A stretch of 64,000 bases of DNA from Lepidodermella squamata (taxonomy: Eukaryota; Animalia; Gastrotricha), in assembly GCA_047495785.1 (NCBI GenBank), contig JBLDXI010000085.1:186001-250000 (forward strand), in the 5' to 3' direction. The notes below the pieces were generated by a model that was not told the origin of the DNA, made no database searches, and saw nothing but the letters and a program-made list of their open reading frames with translations. Position numbers and translations under genes: made by a program. Positions 1 to 13,200 of this stretch are shown one piece after another. The stretch's first letter is position 1. The number at the start of each line of letters is the position of its first letter.

Positions 1-3000
1 GCAATGAGGTTCAAAATATTTATTGATAAATTGATTGCTTCATGTATTTTCTCAGGTTTTGCACCGACAGCGTTTCAAATGGCCGAGTGTACTCAACTGA
101 TGACAATCAAGCTATAGTCACATTCGGAACGCAGGGCATCCCAAGTACCAGCACCGGGTTCAATTTGACTGTCTACACAACTTGCCCGGGTACAACGGCC
201 AGCTCGCTCACTAAGGAGTGTCGAATTACCGATAGTGGTCGCGATTATGAAGGCCTGAACGTTACTACGTCGTCCAGGGGTAACGCATGCTTGAAATGGT
301 CAGACAGGGCAACTGTGTACGATTTGGGACTGCCAATGGGTGATGTTGCCGCGTCGGCAAATGCCTGCCGTGCCTATTTCACCAACGACGATGACCTTGT
401 ATGCTTCGTCGGCAAAAACGTTTATGGCACTTGTCCTCTAGTCGATAAGTGCCCAACAAGTAAGTAACGTGCTTAATTGAAAAGGGCCGATAAATAATTA
501 AGGAGGAATTTTTCAATTTTTTTCATTTGAACTCTAGCTTTTTGTCCCAATCCGTGTCAAAACGGGGGAACTTGTGTTGGCGTAGAAATTTGCAGCTGCC
601 AGCCTGGTTGGACCGGATCAACCTGCTCATCTCGTGAGTTCTATAGTTTCCAATAAGTTCCAAAATATTACGCTGACACTTTTCAGGAATCCCACCAAAA
701 TATGAAAGATGCTTCCTGAAGAGTACTGGCGATTTATCTATATGTCGATTGGCACCTCCGCTGTCTTTGGGCTGCCATGAGTTTGAGTACCCGGTAAGGC
801 TAACCAGTCATAGAAATTCCAGGGTTATTACCTAATTCAAGGGCGGTCGAACTTTTCCAAGCTACCAATCTTGCGAGAGAGGCGTAAGTGAATGAAAATG
901 TCTTCAAATATGATGATGCTCGGTTGATAAAATAGCCTGTGAGCTACTGCTTTTTACCCGCAACTGCCGACTTCAATTGTCGCTTTGGTGAATGCAATAT
1001 CGACGAGAAACGGGTAAAATCGATATTTCATACTTGAACACCTAGAATATTCCGAGAAATTTAAGGTCAAAATCTTCTCAAGCTCCAGATTTTTCGCCGG
1101 TGAGAATTTAATGGAATGCCGTAATCTGGCTACACCGGTAACACGATTTCCCTTTTAATTTGATTTCCACAAGCTTTTCGTTCCCTCCAGATGGAATATT
1201 ATCGTTGGTCCAGTTCGAACTTCACGAAAATCTCCTGCCGACCAACAAGGGGCTTCAAGCCCGGAGATGTTTGCTTGAATTCGATCATAAATTTCCTTGA
1301 TCAAAATCCCTTTGCAGCTTCTCAACGGCATTTACTCAGATCGGGCTAGTTGCCTTAACAGTATGCAATGATATAAATTTTCCATATCCGAATGACTTCT
1401 TTTCTTCATCAGACACAATCGCCGAGCAGCCGAGCAACTGCTCAAAGTGTCTATGCCCGGAGGGTCTGGGTGGCGATTTCTGCGAGACCTACGCTCCGCA
1501 CAAAGGTCCAGTTCATTGCGGCGGTTACATTGATGTAAAAGCTTGCAGCTACACTTCGATCACTTCACCTGGCTACCCGAATACCTTCGACGAGACAACG
1601 ACTTGCAATTGGTGGATTCGAGCGGTAAAATTTAACCATTTCTTTCAAATCAGAACTTGGAAGATTGTCGTTTCAGCCGGCTGGTTCTGGACTAGTTTTC
1701 GCCTTCGGAAAAACTCCTGATCTACCCAGCGAATATTTATGTAACACCCTGAAGCTAATTACCTGAAGTATTGATGGTTTTTCAATTAATTTTAGATTAC
1801 ACGAGTTGCGGGGATTATGTTTCAATTAAAGATTTCAGCAGTATTGAAAAATCAGCAATGAGGTTCAAAATATTTATTGATAAATTGATTGCTTCATGTA
1901 TTTTCTCAGGTTTTGCACCGACAGCGTTTCAAATGGCCGAGTGTACTCAACTGATGACAATCAAGCTATAGTCACATTCGGAACGCAGGGCATCCCAAGT
2001 ACCAGCACCGGGTTCAATTTGACTGTCTACACAACTTGCCCGGGTACAACGGCCAGCTCGCTCACTAAGGAGTGTCGAATTACCGATAGTGGTCGCGATT
2101 ATGAAGGCCTGAACGTTACTACGTCGTCCAGGGGTAACGCATGCTTGAAATGGTCAGACAGGGCAACTGTGTACGATTTGGGACTGCCAATGGGTGATGT
2201 TGCCGCGTCGGCAAATGCCTGCCGTGCCTATTTCACCAACGACGATGACCTTGTATGCTTCGTCGGCAAAAACGTTTATGGCACTTGTCCTCTAGTCGAT
2301 AAGTGCCCAACAAGTAAGTAACGTGCTTAATTGAAAAGGGCCGATAAATAATTAAGGAGGAATTTTTCAATTTTTTTCATTTGAACTCTAGCTTTTTGTC
2401 CCAATCCGTGTCAAAACGGGGGAACTTGTGTTGGCGTAGAAATTTGCAGCTGCCAGCCTGGTTGGACCGGATCAACCTGCTCATCTCGTGAGTTCTATAG
2501 TTTCCAATAAGTTCCAAAATATTACGCTGACACTTTTCAGGAATCCCACCAAAATATGAAAGATGCTTCCTGAAGAGTACTGGCGATTTATCTATATGTC
2601 GATTGGCACCTCCGCTGTCTTTGGGCTGCCATGAGTTTGAGTACCCGGTAAGGCTAACCAGTCATAGAAATTCCAGGGTTATTACCTAATTCAAGGGCGG
2701 TCGAACTTTTCCAAGCTACCAATCTTGCGAGAGAGGCGTAAGTGAATGAAAATGTCTTCAAATATGATGATGCTCGGTTGATAAAATAGCCTGTGAGCTA
2801 CTGCTTTTTACCCGCAACTGCCGACTTCAATTGTCGCTTTGGTGAATGCAATATCGACGAGAAACGGGTAAAATCGATATTTCATACTTGAACACCTAGA
2901 ATATTCCGAGAAATTTAAGGTCAAAATCTTCTCAAGCTCCAGATTTTTCGCCGGTGAGAATTTAATGGAATGCCGTAATCTGGCTACACCGGTAACACGA

Positions 3001-3285
3001 TTTCCCTTTTAATTTGATTTCCACAAGCTTTTCGTTCCCTCCAGATGGAATATTATCGTTGGTCCAGTTCGAACTTCACGAAAATCTCCTGCCGACCAAC
3101 AAGGGGCTTCAAGCCCGGAGATGTTTGCTTGAATTCGATCATAAATTTCCTTGATCAAAATCCCTTTGCAGCTTCTCAACGGCATTTACTCAGATCGGGC
3201 TAGTTGCCTTAACAGTATGCAATGATATAAATTTTCCATATCCGAATGACTTCTTTTCTTCATCAGACACAATCGCCGAGCAGCC
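1..3285 (+). repeat. Tandem duplication, period 1854 bp (1-1431 = 1855-3285)
   Basis: ORFs 42..467 and 1896..2321 are identical. I saw no differences by eye, including in introns, up to 1431/3285. Confidence 0.95.
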
Positions 3286-3709
3286 TGTCGTACGTTGTTA
3301 CAAGAAATCGAATAAAAACTTCGAAACATGTCGACCCTTGTGCCAAAATGATGAGTTCCAGGTAAAACACGTGTCTCTAATTTTTCCAAAATACTTGGGA
3401 TTTGATTATGATTCCAGAATGGCCCGACGTATTACTTCAAAAATCTGGCTGGTTGCCTCAAAGGGGTTGGGACTTTCGCGCTAATTGGTTTCAATTGCTA
3501 ATGTTTTTCTAATATTTAAGGGTGCTAGGCTATGTAAACGTAATCTCCAGCAGAATTATTGCACAGGGACGAACAGATCCTGCAAGAAACAGGTATTCCT
3601 TATCTAATGTTCTGAAATTTTGGTCTTTTTACTGGAATAGATCCGAATTTTCGGCGCATCGGACCTTTTCGCCGACAATCTGGCAGCGTGCAAAGCAGCT
3701 AACAAATGA
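1..3709 (+). CDS. Astacin-family gene A1, 3' part only (5' end outside window): CUB-kringle-EGF-repeats 1-3, an in-frame duplicated partial EGF-CUB-kringle-EGF-repeats 1-3, then repeats 4-5
   Basis: Manual splicing gives an open frame. Exon 56-459 encodes the CUB end and kringle (ECRITDSGRDYEG..ACLKW..ACRAY..VCFV..TCPLVDKC), exon 538-633 an EGF (CPNPCQNGGTCVGVEICSCQPGWTGSTC), followed by short repeat exons ending IRIFGASDLFADNLAACKAANK-stop at 3707-3709. Exon structure matches A3, A4 and A5. Confidence 0.85.
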
Positions 3710-4406
3710 GTCTGACTACAAACTACAAAATATAGAGACTATTGAATTGTGATTAATGACTTATTAATGATTGCGATCCAAGCTTATTAGCTGATCAATA
3801 AACTGCCTATAGAATTCTGGCACATTGCCGCGTCCACTGATACTCGCCTTTGGCATTTGAGAATCGGTGCGAGCTGAGCTTTATTTTTATGTGAAACACG
3901 ATTTTTCGACCGAATTTGTTATTAACAAATTATACTCGAACTGATGAGTTTCTATCGAATAACTTTACCAAAACGATTCAAGATTCAACCGAAATTGTCA
4001 ATGGATTTCACAAAGTTTTCCGCCTGTATCAGTCTTTTCCGTTCAATCAATTTATAATATATGGAGCTTAATATGTTTTAGCTAAGGGCGCTCAAAACGC
4101 CCTCACTGTTGCTGATAATTCAATCGGTCCGTTTCAGAATTGCCGCCAGCCGCCATAGATTGGTCCGGTTTGGACATTTGCCCTGTTTTCGTCTAAATAG
4201 AATTTGAGAAGAATATTTCATTCGATTCTGGCAGTACATGTGTCCGACTCCAGTATTAGCGGAAACAACCGTAACGCACTTGCTCTGTGTCGGACTCGCT
4301 ATGTATTCAGCTTTACCAGGTGACTGCCAGACACAGGATTTGCTTTTCTTTTTTTTTCTGCGCGATCATTTTTATTTCATTATTTTATTTTATTTTATTT
4401 GAAAAA

Positions 4407-4952
4407 ATGAAGCAGTTACTTGCTGTCACACTATTTTTAAGTATCGTAGCCATATCCCGTGGAATAGTAAGTGGCTTCTATTTTATTAACTCATTCCCAT
4501 CTAATAGCATACACAATTGAAGGACCCGGAGCTTGAAGATGTCCTCTGGCAATTGAACGATGCGATTCTTGCGAATCAAGGTCTCCCTCCAGTAAGTTTT
4601 CGAGAAATATCGCCATTAAATGTGTAATACCCCTTGTTTTCTAGGCCGACCGCAGTGTCCCACTGAAGCTATGCGGCGTTCCGGATCTGGAAACCGCGAA
4701 AGCAAAACTGAGGCGACAACTGGCAATCGCGGATGGCGATGAGCCATTTGTGGCCGGTGTGAAATTGGATGCCCAACGCTGGGAATTTCCTATCAAATAC
4801 AAAATCAGTGCCGCATACAGTTAGTTGCACGTTTGTCTACCGCGCTCCTTCTAGGCTAATTTTTTCAACATGAATTTCAACATGAATTTCAACATGGATC
4901 ATCGGACAATTTCGCTGACAGTCTTGCAGCATGCAAAGCAGCCAACATATGA
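4407..4952 (+). pseudogene. Astacin gene A2, internally deleted (exons 1-3 plus a remnant of the last exon)
   Basis: MKQLLAVTLFLSIVAISRGI | DPELEDVLWQLNDAILANQGLPP | ADRSVPLKLCGVPD...WEFPIKY. Intron 3 then runs into GGATCATCGGA...GCAGCATGCAAAGCAGCCAACATATGA, the terminal exon of the paralogues. Catalytic and all middle exons are absent. Confidence 0.85.
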
Positions 4953-6169
4953 CATTGATCTTGCAGTTATGATAAAACAACAAATCGAGTGACTATTTCC
5001 CTCATTTCCTCATTCTTTATTGACAAATAGCTGCCGATATTGATCAGTGATTAATAATGCTTCCTGAGCTTCGCTTATTATTGTGATTCGCTTATTCAAA
5101 TTATTTGGATTCGCTCAGAAAAATATATTTTTGCTTGTATAAATAGTAACACCTATTTTCTCAGGTATGAAGTAAATCATCGCTTAAGCCTAAAATTTAA
5201 ACCTTTCGATCATTTTTGTTCTGAGAGCTAACAGTTAAGAGAACTTGAAAGGGCTCTTTTACGATCCAACGGTCTTTTTGGTATTTTTGGTCAACAGCCT
5301 CTCATGCAAAAGGGCATCTTACCAGTCAAAAGATATGTGTAGACCTGGGATGCACCAAGCAACGACATACAACTATTCATCTTTTGTTTAGCCTAGATTT
5401 CAAGACCATGGCTAGCATCTGTGCGTAAAGCAGTGGATGGTGAAGAAGATGCAGCAGCGTCCCAAAACAACCAAGCTAAGATTAATTTTACGTTTGCTTT
5501 GAGTTGAAATGATGCAAAGACTGAGTACTCCCAGAAGAGATCCATTTGAGACCAGCCAAGAGCCAAGAAAATAGGAAGACTGTAGGGATACGCGGCTGAG
5601 TCTGAGTCAAGGAGCTGTGTGAAAATGCATCAGGCAGTTTTTCAAATCCCGCAGCCTGTACAGATTTTTTTATTCTTATAGATTTTACCGCAAAGCACCA
5701 ACATACCCGAACAACACCGAACAAAAATTCAGACCAAACTTTTGGCGTTGTTCCGGTGTTAAAACATGGAAGCGGAAAACCTTCGGACAAACCGATTTCA
5801 CCCCTTTGTTCGGCATAGCAAAAATGCCGGTCTGGGTAGCGATGAATCATTTTTACGTCGCCAAATGTTAGTTGCCAGGGCGACGTTGGTTAGCCACGTT
5901 GTTAGGGCGTCACTATGAATAAAAATATGGAAAATTCACCAGAATGTGCAGCTCAAGAAGTTAATAAATGATATTTTCTGATTACGTCGTGAATTCACAG
6001 AAAAATTTATCAGACTCAAGAATGCTGTTCTAGAAAAAACTCCAAAAAACTGGATGTTGCAAAATTACCTTGGGTACAGGAAAATTACCTTAGATGCTTG
6101 TTTTCCGACTCGCATGTATGCGACTCGATTGGCGCTGAAAATACCGTCGCAATGATGTAGCGTGGGTTT

Positions 6170-6538
6170 TAGCTTTAATAATTTTGCAGCTTCAGGAGAG
6201 GTTGATTGTCATATTCCGTCCTGTTTCTAGTCATTTCAACATGAATGAAGGTCCAATTGATACTGGGATACTGGGATCAAGCTAAAAGCCTCAGCAGTTC
6301 CTTCTTTGCTTTCCAAGCTCAGGATGATAATTTATTTTCAGACACTATAACTGATCAACCCGTTGTTCGATGCTACAAGACATCGAATGGTAACTTCAAA
6401 ACGTTAGATTCCGTTTGCCGCAATGACGAATTCCAGGTACAGAAAACCTCCAAATTTGTCAATATTATAAAAAAATAATTGTGATTTCAGAATGGCCCAA
6501 CGTATTTCTTCAAAAATCTGGCTGTTTTTTTTAAATGA
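6170..6538 (+). pseudogene. Orphan degenerate astacin-tail exons (repeats 3-4)
   Basis: TITDQPVVRCYKTSNGNFKTLDSVCRNDEFQ | NGPTYFFKNLAVFFK-stop is homologous to the repeat 4 exons, with Cys losses and a premature stop. Confidence 0.75.
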
Positions 6539-7267
6539 GTAGCACATTCCACGATAATTAATGGCATGTTCCACAGATTTTTTCTAATTTCAAATAAACA
6601 TCGAGAAAACATTAACGCGTTAAAACTGAAAAAGGTCTTGAATAGTCGACAAATTTTCGTTCAGGCTTTGATACGCTGTGGTTTTGGAATCAAACTGATG
6701 CCGAAGTGATAATGAACAAATTGTCAGGAAACCAGGACATTTTTCGGTTCGATAAATACAGATGAATAATATAAATTATGGTGGAAGAGCTTTGATGCAT
6801 TGAATAAGCGGGAAATGATGAAATCAATTTTTAAAATTGAGCGTATTCATTACCAGCTAGGGGACCCTTTAAATGCCCTGCCCTTACTATTATCCTTTTT
6901 TCATGACGTTGACCTAATAATCGGTCCGTTTTAGTTATCCTTAAACCGGTCTGGTTTGGACAACTTAAACTGTTTTCAACAAAAAGGAATTAGAAAATTG
7001 TTTCAGATGAACCAGTCGTTACACGTGGCTGACTTGTCCGTTATGGTTTGATCGCCAACCTTCAGGATCTAGTAACGTATGTCGGACGCACATAACGTTA
7101 GTAAACCACAAGGGTTGACGAAAAACCATAACGGACTTGCACTGTGTAATCGGACTCGTTGATTGATGGCTTCATCAGGTGACTGCAAAGCACGCGCTTT
7201 TTTACGTGAAGCATACCAAAAGCCTGCGCTTTTTTTTATTCAATTTAATTTAATTTTATTTGTAGAA

Positions 7268-10200
7268 ATGAAGCAGTTGATTGTTGCCACCCTGCTTTTC
7301 AGTTTTATAACAAATTCGCAAGGAATTGTGAGTGGCTATATTATCTATTAATTCTTCTCAATTTATAAGCGCATGTTTTGCAGGATCCGGAGCTTGAAGA
7401 TGTTCTATGGCAATTGAACGATGCGATTCTTGCAAATCATGGGCTTCCACCGGTAAATTTACGTAGTATCGCTGTTAAATGTTAAATGACTATTATATTC
7501 TAGGATGATCGTAGTGTCCCACTGAAGCTATGCGGTGTTCCGGATCTGGAAACTGCGCAAGCAAAACTGAGGCGACAACTGGCAATCGCAGATGGCGAAC
7601 CATTTGTGGCCGGGGTGAAAACAAATGCCAAACTATGGGAATTCCCTATCTACTATAAAATCAATGAATCTCCGCCATACAGTTAGTTGAACGGTTGTTT
7701 AATGGCCTCGGTTTTTCTAGGTTTAGGTTTGAGGTTAATGTTAAGGTTGTGAGTTCGGGCATTGAGGAAGGCGATCGAAAAGTCACCCGCCCCTCAACTG
7801 AATCTTGCTTTATTTATCTGAACCAAATATTAGAGACCGATTTACAAGATTTAAAACAATGAAATATATTTCTCTATGAATCAACGAAGTTTTTTGGACT
7901 AACAAATTCGACATTTTCGCTTTTCGAGACATTTCGAATCGAATTGGCTGAAATGGCTTCATTTTTTGGTCTTCAATATTCAAATTTACGACCTCTAACC
8001 ACTGATATTTATTCGGAGTAGATAGCTTTTTCGGGCAGTACGGTACCTTTTAACAAATTATCCACGTTGAAATGTCGGTTTTTTTCATTGCAGCCGCCGA
8101 TGAGCAAGTAATCATCCGTGCAGGTATGGATCGTTGGGAGGAGCTAACATGTGCCCGATTTATCGAAATTCCCAATCTTGCGGCGGATCAGAGCGGTTTA
8201 AATATCGTTAAAGGATCAGGGTGAGCAATTTTCTTAAATTATTCATAGAATTATGTCTCGCGGCCGTTTTGAAGGTGCTTGTCGTTTATTGGGAGAATCG
8301 GGGAATCGGGGAAACGACAAGACTTGACTCTGGGAGGCGGTTGCATGGCGGTATCTATCAATTTCTTGCAAATTTGCTCTTTCAATGAACGCAACGATCT
8401 TTCAGGTATTCATTGTAGCTCACGAAATCGGCCACGCTTTGGGAATGGTTTGATTTATTGATTATTCAAATACCAAGGTCTTATCCTGTATGTTTTACAG
8501 GAACACGAGCATTCAAGGGCGGATCGAGATGACTACATCCGCGTCAATTACGAGAACATTATGGCGTAAATTCTTTTGAAAATTCAAATTTTCAGTCATA
8601 ATTGATATATTTTTGCATTTTAGTGGCAACGCTTACGCATTTGATATCGAACTGAACGATGAGAATTACAATGTGTCGTACAATTATGATTCTGTCATGC
8701 ACTACGGATGGGACGCTTTTGCAAAGTCGAACGTGCGAACCATAGAAACAATTGATAAGCGATACATGTACACGATTAATCAGATGAATTACATCTCTTT
8801 CGGAGATGCGAAAAGAATTAATATTCGATATAATTGTGGTAAGTTAAATTGCACCAAAAAATGCATAAAAATATTTGATCATTTGGCTGTTAAGTTCAAA
8901 CCCCCAAATTGAATATTTTTCCCTTTAAATGAAGAAATCTGAGGAAAAGGTATTTATTTTCTAATTTTCATCTTAAATTCAGTAACTATTTGTTTCTTAA
9001 ATTTTTTAAATAATGTTGGAACTTCCCAAAATTTGCTATTGATAATTTCGAATTTTTAAATTGAGGATAATTCTCTTATTCGATTTCGTTCACGTTAACT
9101 TCCGAAATCTCCGTTTTTAGTCGAAACTTCATGCAACAGCAAGCCTTTACCTCAGCCATGCCAAAATGGTGGCTATCAGAGCCCGAATAACTGCTCGAAG
9201 TGCCTCTGCCCAGATGGTCTAGGTGGCGATTTCTGTGAGTCCTACGCTCCATACAAAGGCCCAGTTCCATGCGGCGGCTACGTCGATGTAAAAGCTTGCA
9301 GCTACACTTTGATCACCTCGCCTGGCCACCCAAACATCTACGACAAGAATACGGCTTGTAATTGGTGGATAAGAGCGGTAATTGTTGCATCAGAGTTTAA
9401 TCAATTAATCTACGCCATCATTTTACCCAGCCCGTTGGAACTGGATTAGTTTTCGCCATCGAGAAGACACCCAATCTTCCTAACGATAATTACTGTAAGA
9501 TACTGTTGGGCACTTGCCGGCATATTCTGACTGTTTTTCTATTCTAGATCAGACGAGTTGCGGAGATTACGTTTCGATTCGTGATTACAGCAGTATTGAA
9601 AAATCAGCAATGAGGTTCTTAAATCAGTCATTGGTTAGTTTAATTCATCAATTTTTTCCAGGTTTTGCAGTGACAGCATTTCCAATGGTCGAGTGTATTC
9701 AACTGACGACAATCAAGCAATAGTCACATTCGCAACTCAAGGCTTCTCGAGTACCAGCACAGGGTTCAATTTGACCATTTACGCTACGTGCCCGGGTACA
9801 ACAGCCACTACGCTCACAAAGGAGTGTCGAATTACCGAGAGCGGTCGCGATTATGAAGGAACGAACGTTACTGCGTCTTCGTTGGGGGAAGCTTGCACTT
9901 CATGGTCCAGCAAGTCAAACGTGAAAGATTTGCAACTTCCAATGGGTGATGTCAACGCGTCGGCGAGTGCATGCCGTGCGTTCAACAGTGGGGATAAGCC
10001 TGTTTGCTATGTCGCCGATGGTTCTTATAAGCCATGCGCACTAGTCGATAAATGCCCAGCAAGTGAGTTCATAGCTTTCAAGAGCGCCTTATGTATACTA
10101 ATAGTAGTACGAATTCTTTTCTTATCCCTACTGAACATTTTGGCGATTTTGAAAGGTTTGGCCAACAACATTACAGAGGTGCCTCAGAGGGCCTATTGGC

Positions 10201-13200
10201 AAAACAAAAATCTGATTTAAAAAATGGCTTTCCAAACTTAAATTCCAACCAGCCTCTTGTGATTGGAGACTGGTTTCCAGTTATTTTGCAGCAGTAATTC
10301 TCAAAAGCCTTACTACTTAGTTTTCTGATTTTTATTTCTGTGGAATCGTTTTTCGAACTATTACTTTGTTTCTTTCCGGAAAAAGTTTCGTGTACGAGTG
10401 CGTGCCAGAACGGTGGAACATGTGTTGGTATAGAAGTTTGCAACTGCCCAGCTGGTTGGACCGACATAAGCTGCACAACTCGTAGGTTTTCAATCAACTT
10501 TTCAATTAGCCTTCCTAGTATTGGAATTTTCCTTTTAAATTTACAGCTATTGCAAATGATCCAGATGATGATGGGGGCACAGAAATTCCAACGAAATATG
10601 CCCGATGCTTCTTGAGGAGCACGGACGATTACTCTACTTGCCGTGTTGCAACGGCTAATGGCTGCCGAGAGTTCGAGTACCCAGTAAAAAACCATGCTAG
10701 GACATTAATTTGGTTCGTTTCGGCAGCTTTGCGCTGAGCATGAATGGTTAAGTCGGTTGAAATCACTACCCCTTGAAATTCCCCTCCTAGTCATCTTGGA
10801 GGGGAATTTTTTCCCCCCTCCCCAATATTCTCTCAACAATGGCAGCAACCGGGATCGATGTCCCAATAACTCTATCTACGTCGTCTGACTTGATTAACTG
10901 GCTATCTGGGCTAACCGCGGCGGCGCACACTTTAATTACCCTCATTTCATTATTCGCAAGTAATAACTTGATGTGAGCTAAAATCGGGGGAACAGGCTCA
11001 TAACTAAATTTGAAACATGGTGAAAAATCAAAAAAATTAGTTTTCAAAATAAACATGAGCAAAAATTACGGGCGCCTGATCGGCGGGAAATCGAATGTCA
11101 AATATCAGTTTTTGGTCAATTGCGGCGTCAAACTTTATTGTTTTGACAAATAAACACTCGAATGAAAGCCTGAATAACACAGGCTATCGAATGATATGCG
11201 ATACTTGAGTGAAACTTGATTTTATGCAAGCGCGGCCCCGTTCAAATTTTGACCTTAGCAAAGGGTGTGCTGTCAAATGGGTGCGCCTTGTCAACATGAG
11301 ACATTTACCGTTCGATAGAGCTCCTCGAATTACCCATTTCTCATGAAAATTCGCCACTGAACTCGCATTTGAATATGACCCAGAACTGCAGAAGCGATAT
11401 TTCGAAATTGATAGGGCTTGTTTTTTATCTCAAATTTTACCGCGAGGCTTACAGGCAAAAAACGGCAGCTGATATCGGCTTGCGGTTTTCACCCGTGTAT
11501 AGCCCGTGAAATGTTGTACTAGAAATGGCTAATAGATTACGCCCGGTCGCTTCTACACCGTCGCGGAAAAATTCACAAAAACGTCGAAATCTCGAAATAT
11601 TAAGTTTTAAGCTGGATCAAAACAAAGGTTCTACCGCGCCTCCTATAGGCAAACAACTACGAGGGCTACGAAGATGGGCTTAGTCTTGTTCGGTTCGTCT
11701 TGAAATTCTACGTCGGCCTGTGTAACGTGTTTGTGCGCACAGAACTGCTGCATGTGTTTCAAATTTGACAGAAAGTGCGTGTGAGTGCGTGTGTGAGCGC
11801 CGCCGCGCGCTAAAAATAGGCTGAAAAACGCGATTTGCCGCGCTTCTTATTCCTCGACAACCACGAGGGCTGCAAAGACGAGCTTGGTCTCTAAAAATTC
11901 AGCGGAACATTTGCTACATTCTAAGTGCATTAAAACACGAGCGCTACCAGGATGAGGTGTCAAAAAAATTGACGATACTCCAAAAAATTGAAATTTTAAT
12001 TTTCACTGAAAATCAATCGCGCGCAAATCGCTATAGTCAAAGGAAATCTTGCGAAACTTACCTGGAACTATTACCTGGAATTAAGCTAAAACCAGGTGAA
12101 CGGACTTGGGCTTGAAGTTGAGCTGAACCGTGATCGAAAAATATAAAAATTATTTTCTAATGTCAAATTTCCAGCAAAATTTCACGGCGTCACATTACAA
12201 GTCATTTTCAAGTCAAAAAATCATTTTTTTGTCAATTTTTTTGTCTAAATTTGACAAATAACCGCTTCAAAGGTGCAGCAAGTATTTCAAGCTATTGAAT
12301 GATATACGATACGTACATGAATCTCATTTGCATGTAGGCGCAGCTCCGATAAAATTTGACCTTAACAAAGGGTGTGCTGCCCACATTGTGCGGCCCATGA
12401 ACATGGGGCATATTCCATTCGATAGGCCGCCTCGAGTTACCTATTTGTCATAAAAATTCGTCACTACAATTTCAGATAAAAATGACCCGGAATTGGTAAA
12501 GCAAAATTTCAAAATTTACTTGGTCTGTTTTTTATCTCAAATTATACCGCGTGCGTTATTGGCAAAAAGCCATGAGGGGTATTGACATGCGGTTTTCACC
12601 ATAAAATAGCCCGCAAAATGTTGTAGTAGATATGGCTATTATATTACGCCGAGACGCTTCTACACCGTCGCGGAAAAATTCACAAAAATTTCGAAATTCT
12701 CAAGTTTTAAGGTGGGTCGAAACAAATTATACCGCGCTTCATAGGCAGAAAACTATGAGGGCTACGACGATGGGCGTAGTTTCGTTCGATTCCTCGCATT
12801 TTTCTGCACATGATGGTTGCAACTAACTTTTGCGCACAAATATTGCATACCAGTCAAAAATGCAAGTGAGAAAGCCTAACTGCGTGAGTGTGCACACTAA
12901 AAATATGGACAACCAAGTTTTACCGCGCAGCGAATAACACCATAACTACGGCGGCTACAACGACCAGCCTGGTCTCAAAATTCTTAGCTAAACATGCTCT
13001 ACGCGTTAGAATCATTAATATATCAGCGCAAATTCGGTGAATGAAAAAATGCGAGTGCAAAGTTGGTCAACAAAATTATGAAAATTGGACTTGACAAAGG
13101 GTGTGGCGTCAAATGGGTGCGTCCTGTGAATGTGGGGCTTGGACCAGTTCAAGGCGCGCCTTGAGTTACCTATTTCTCATGAATATTCGAAATTGAAGTC

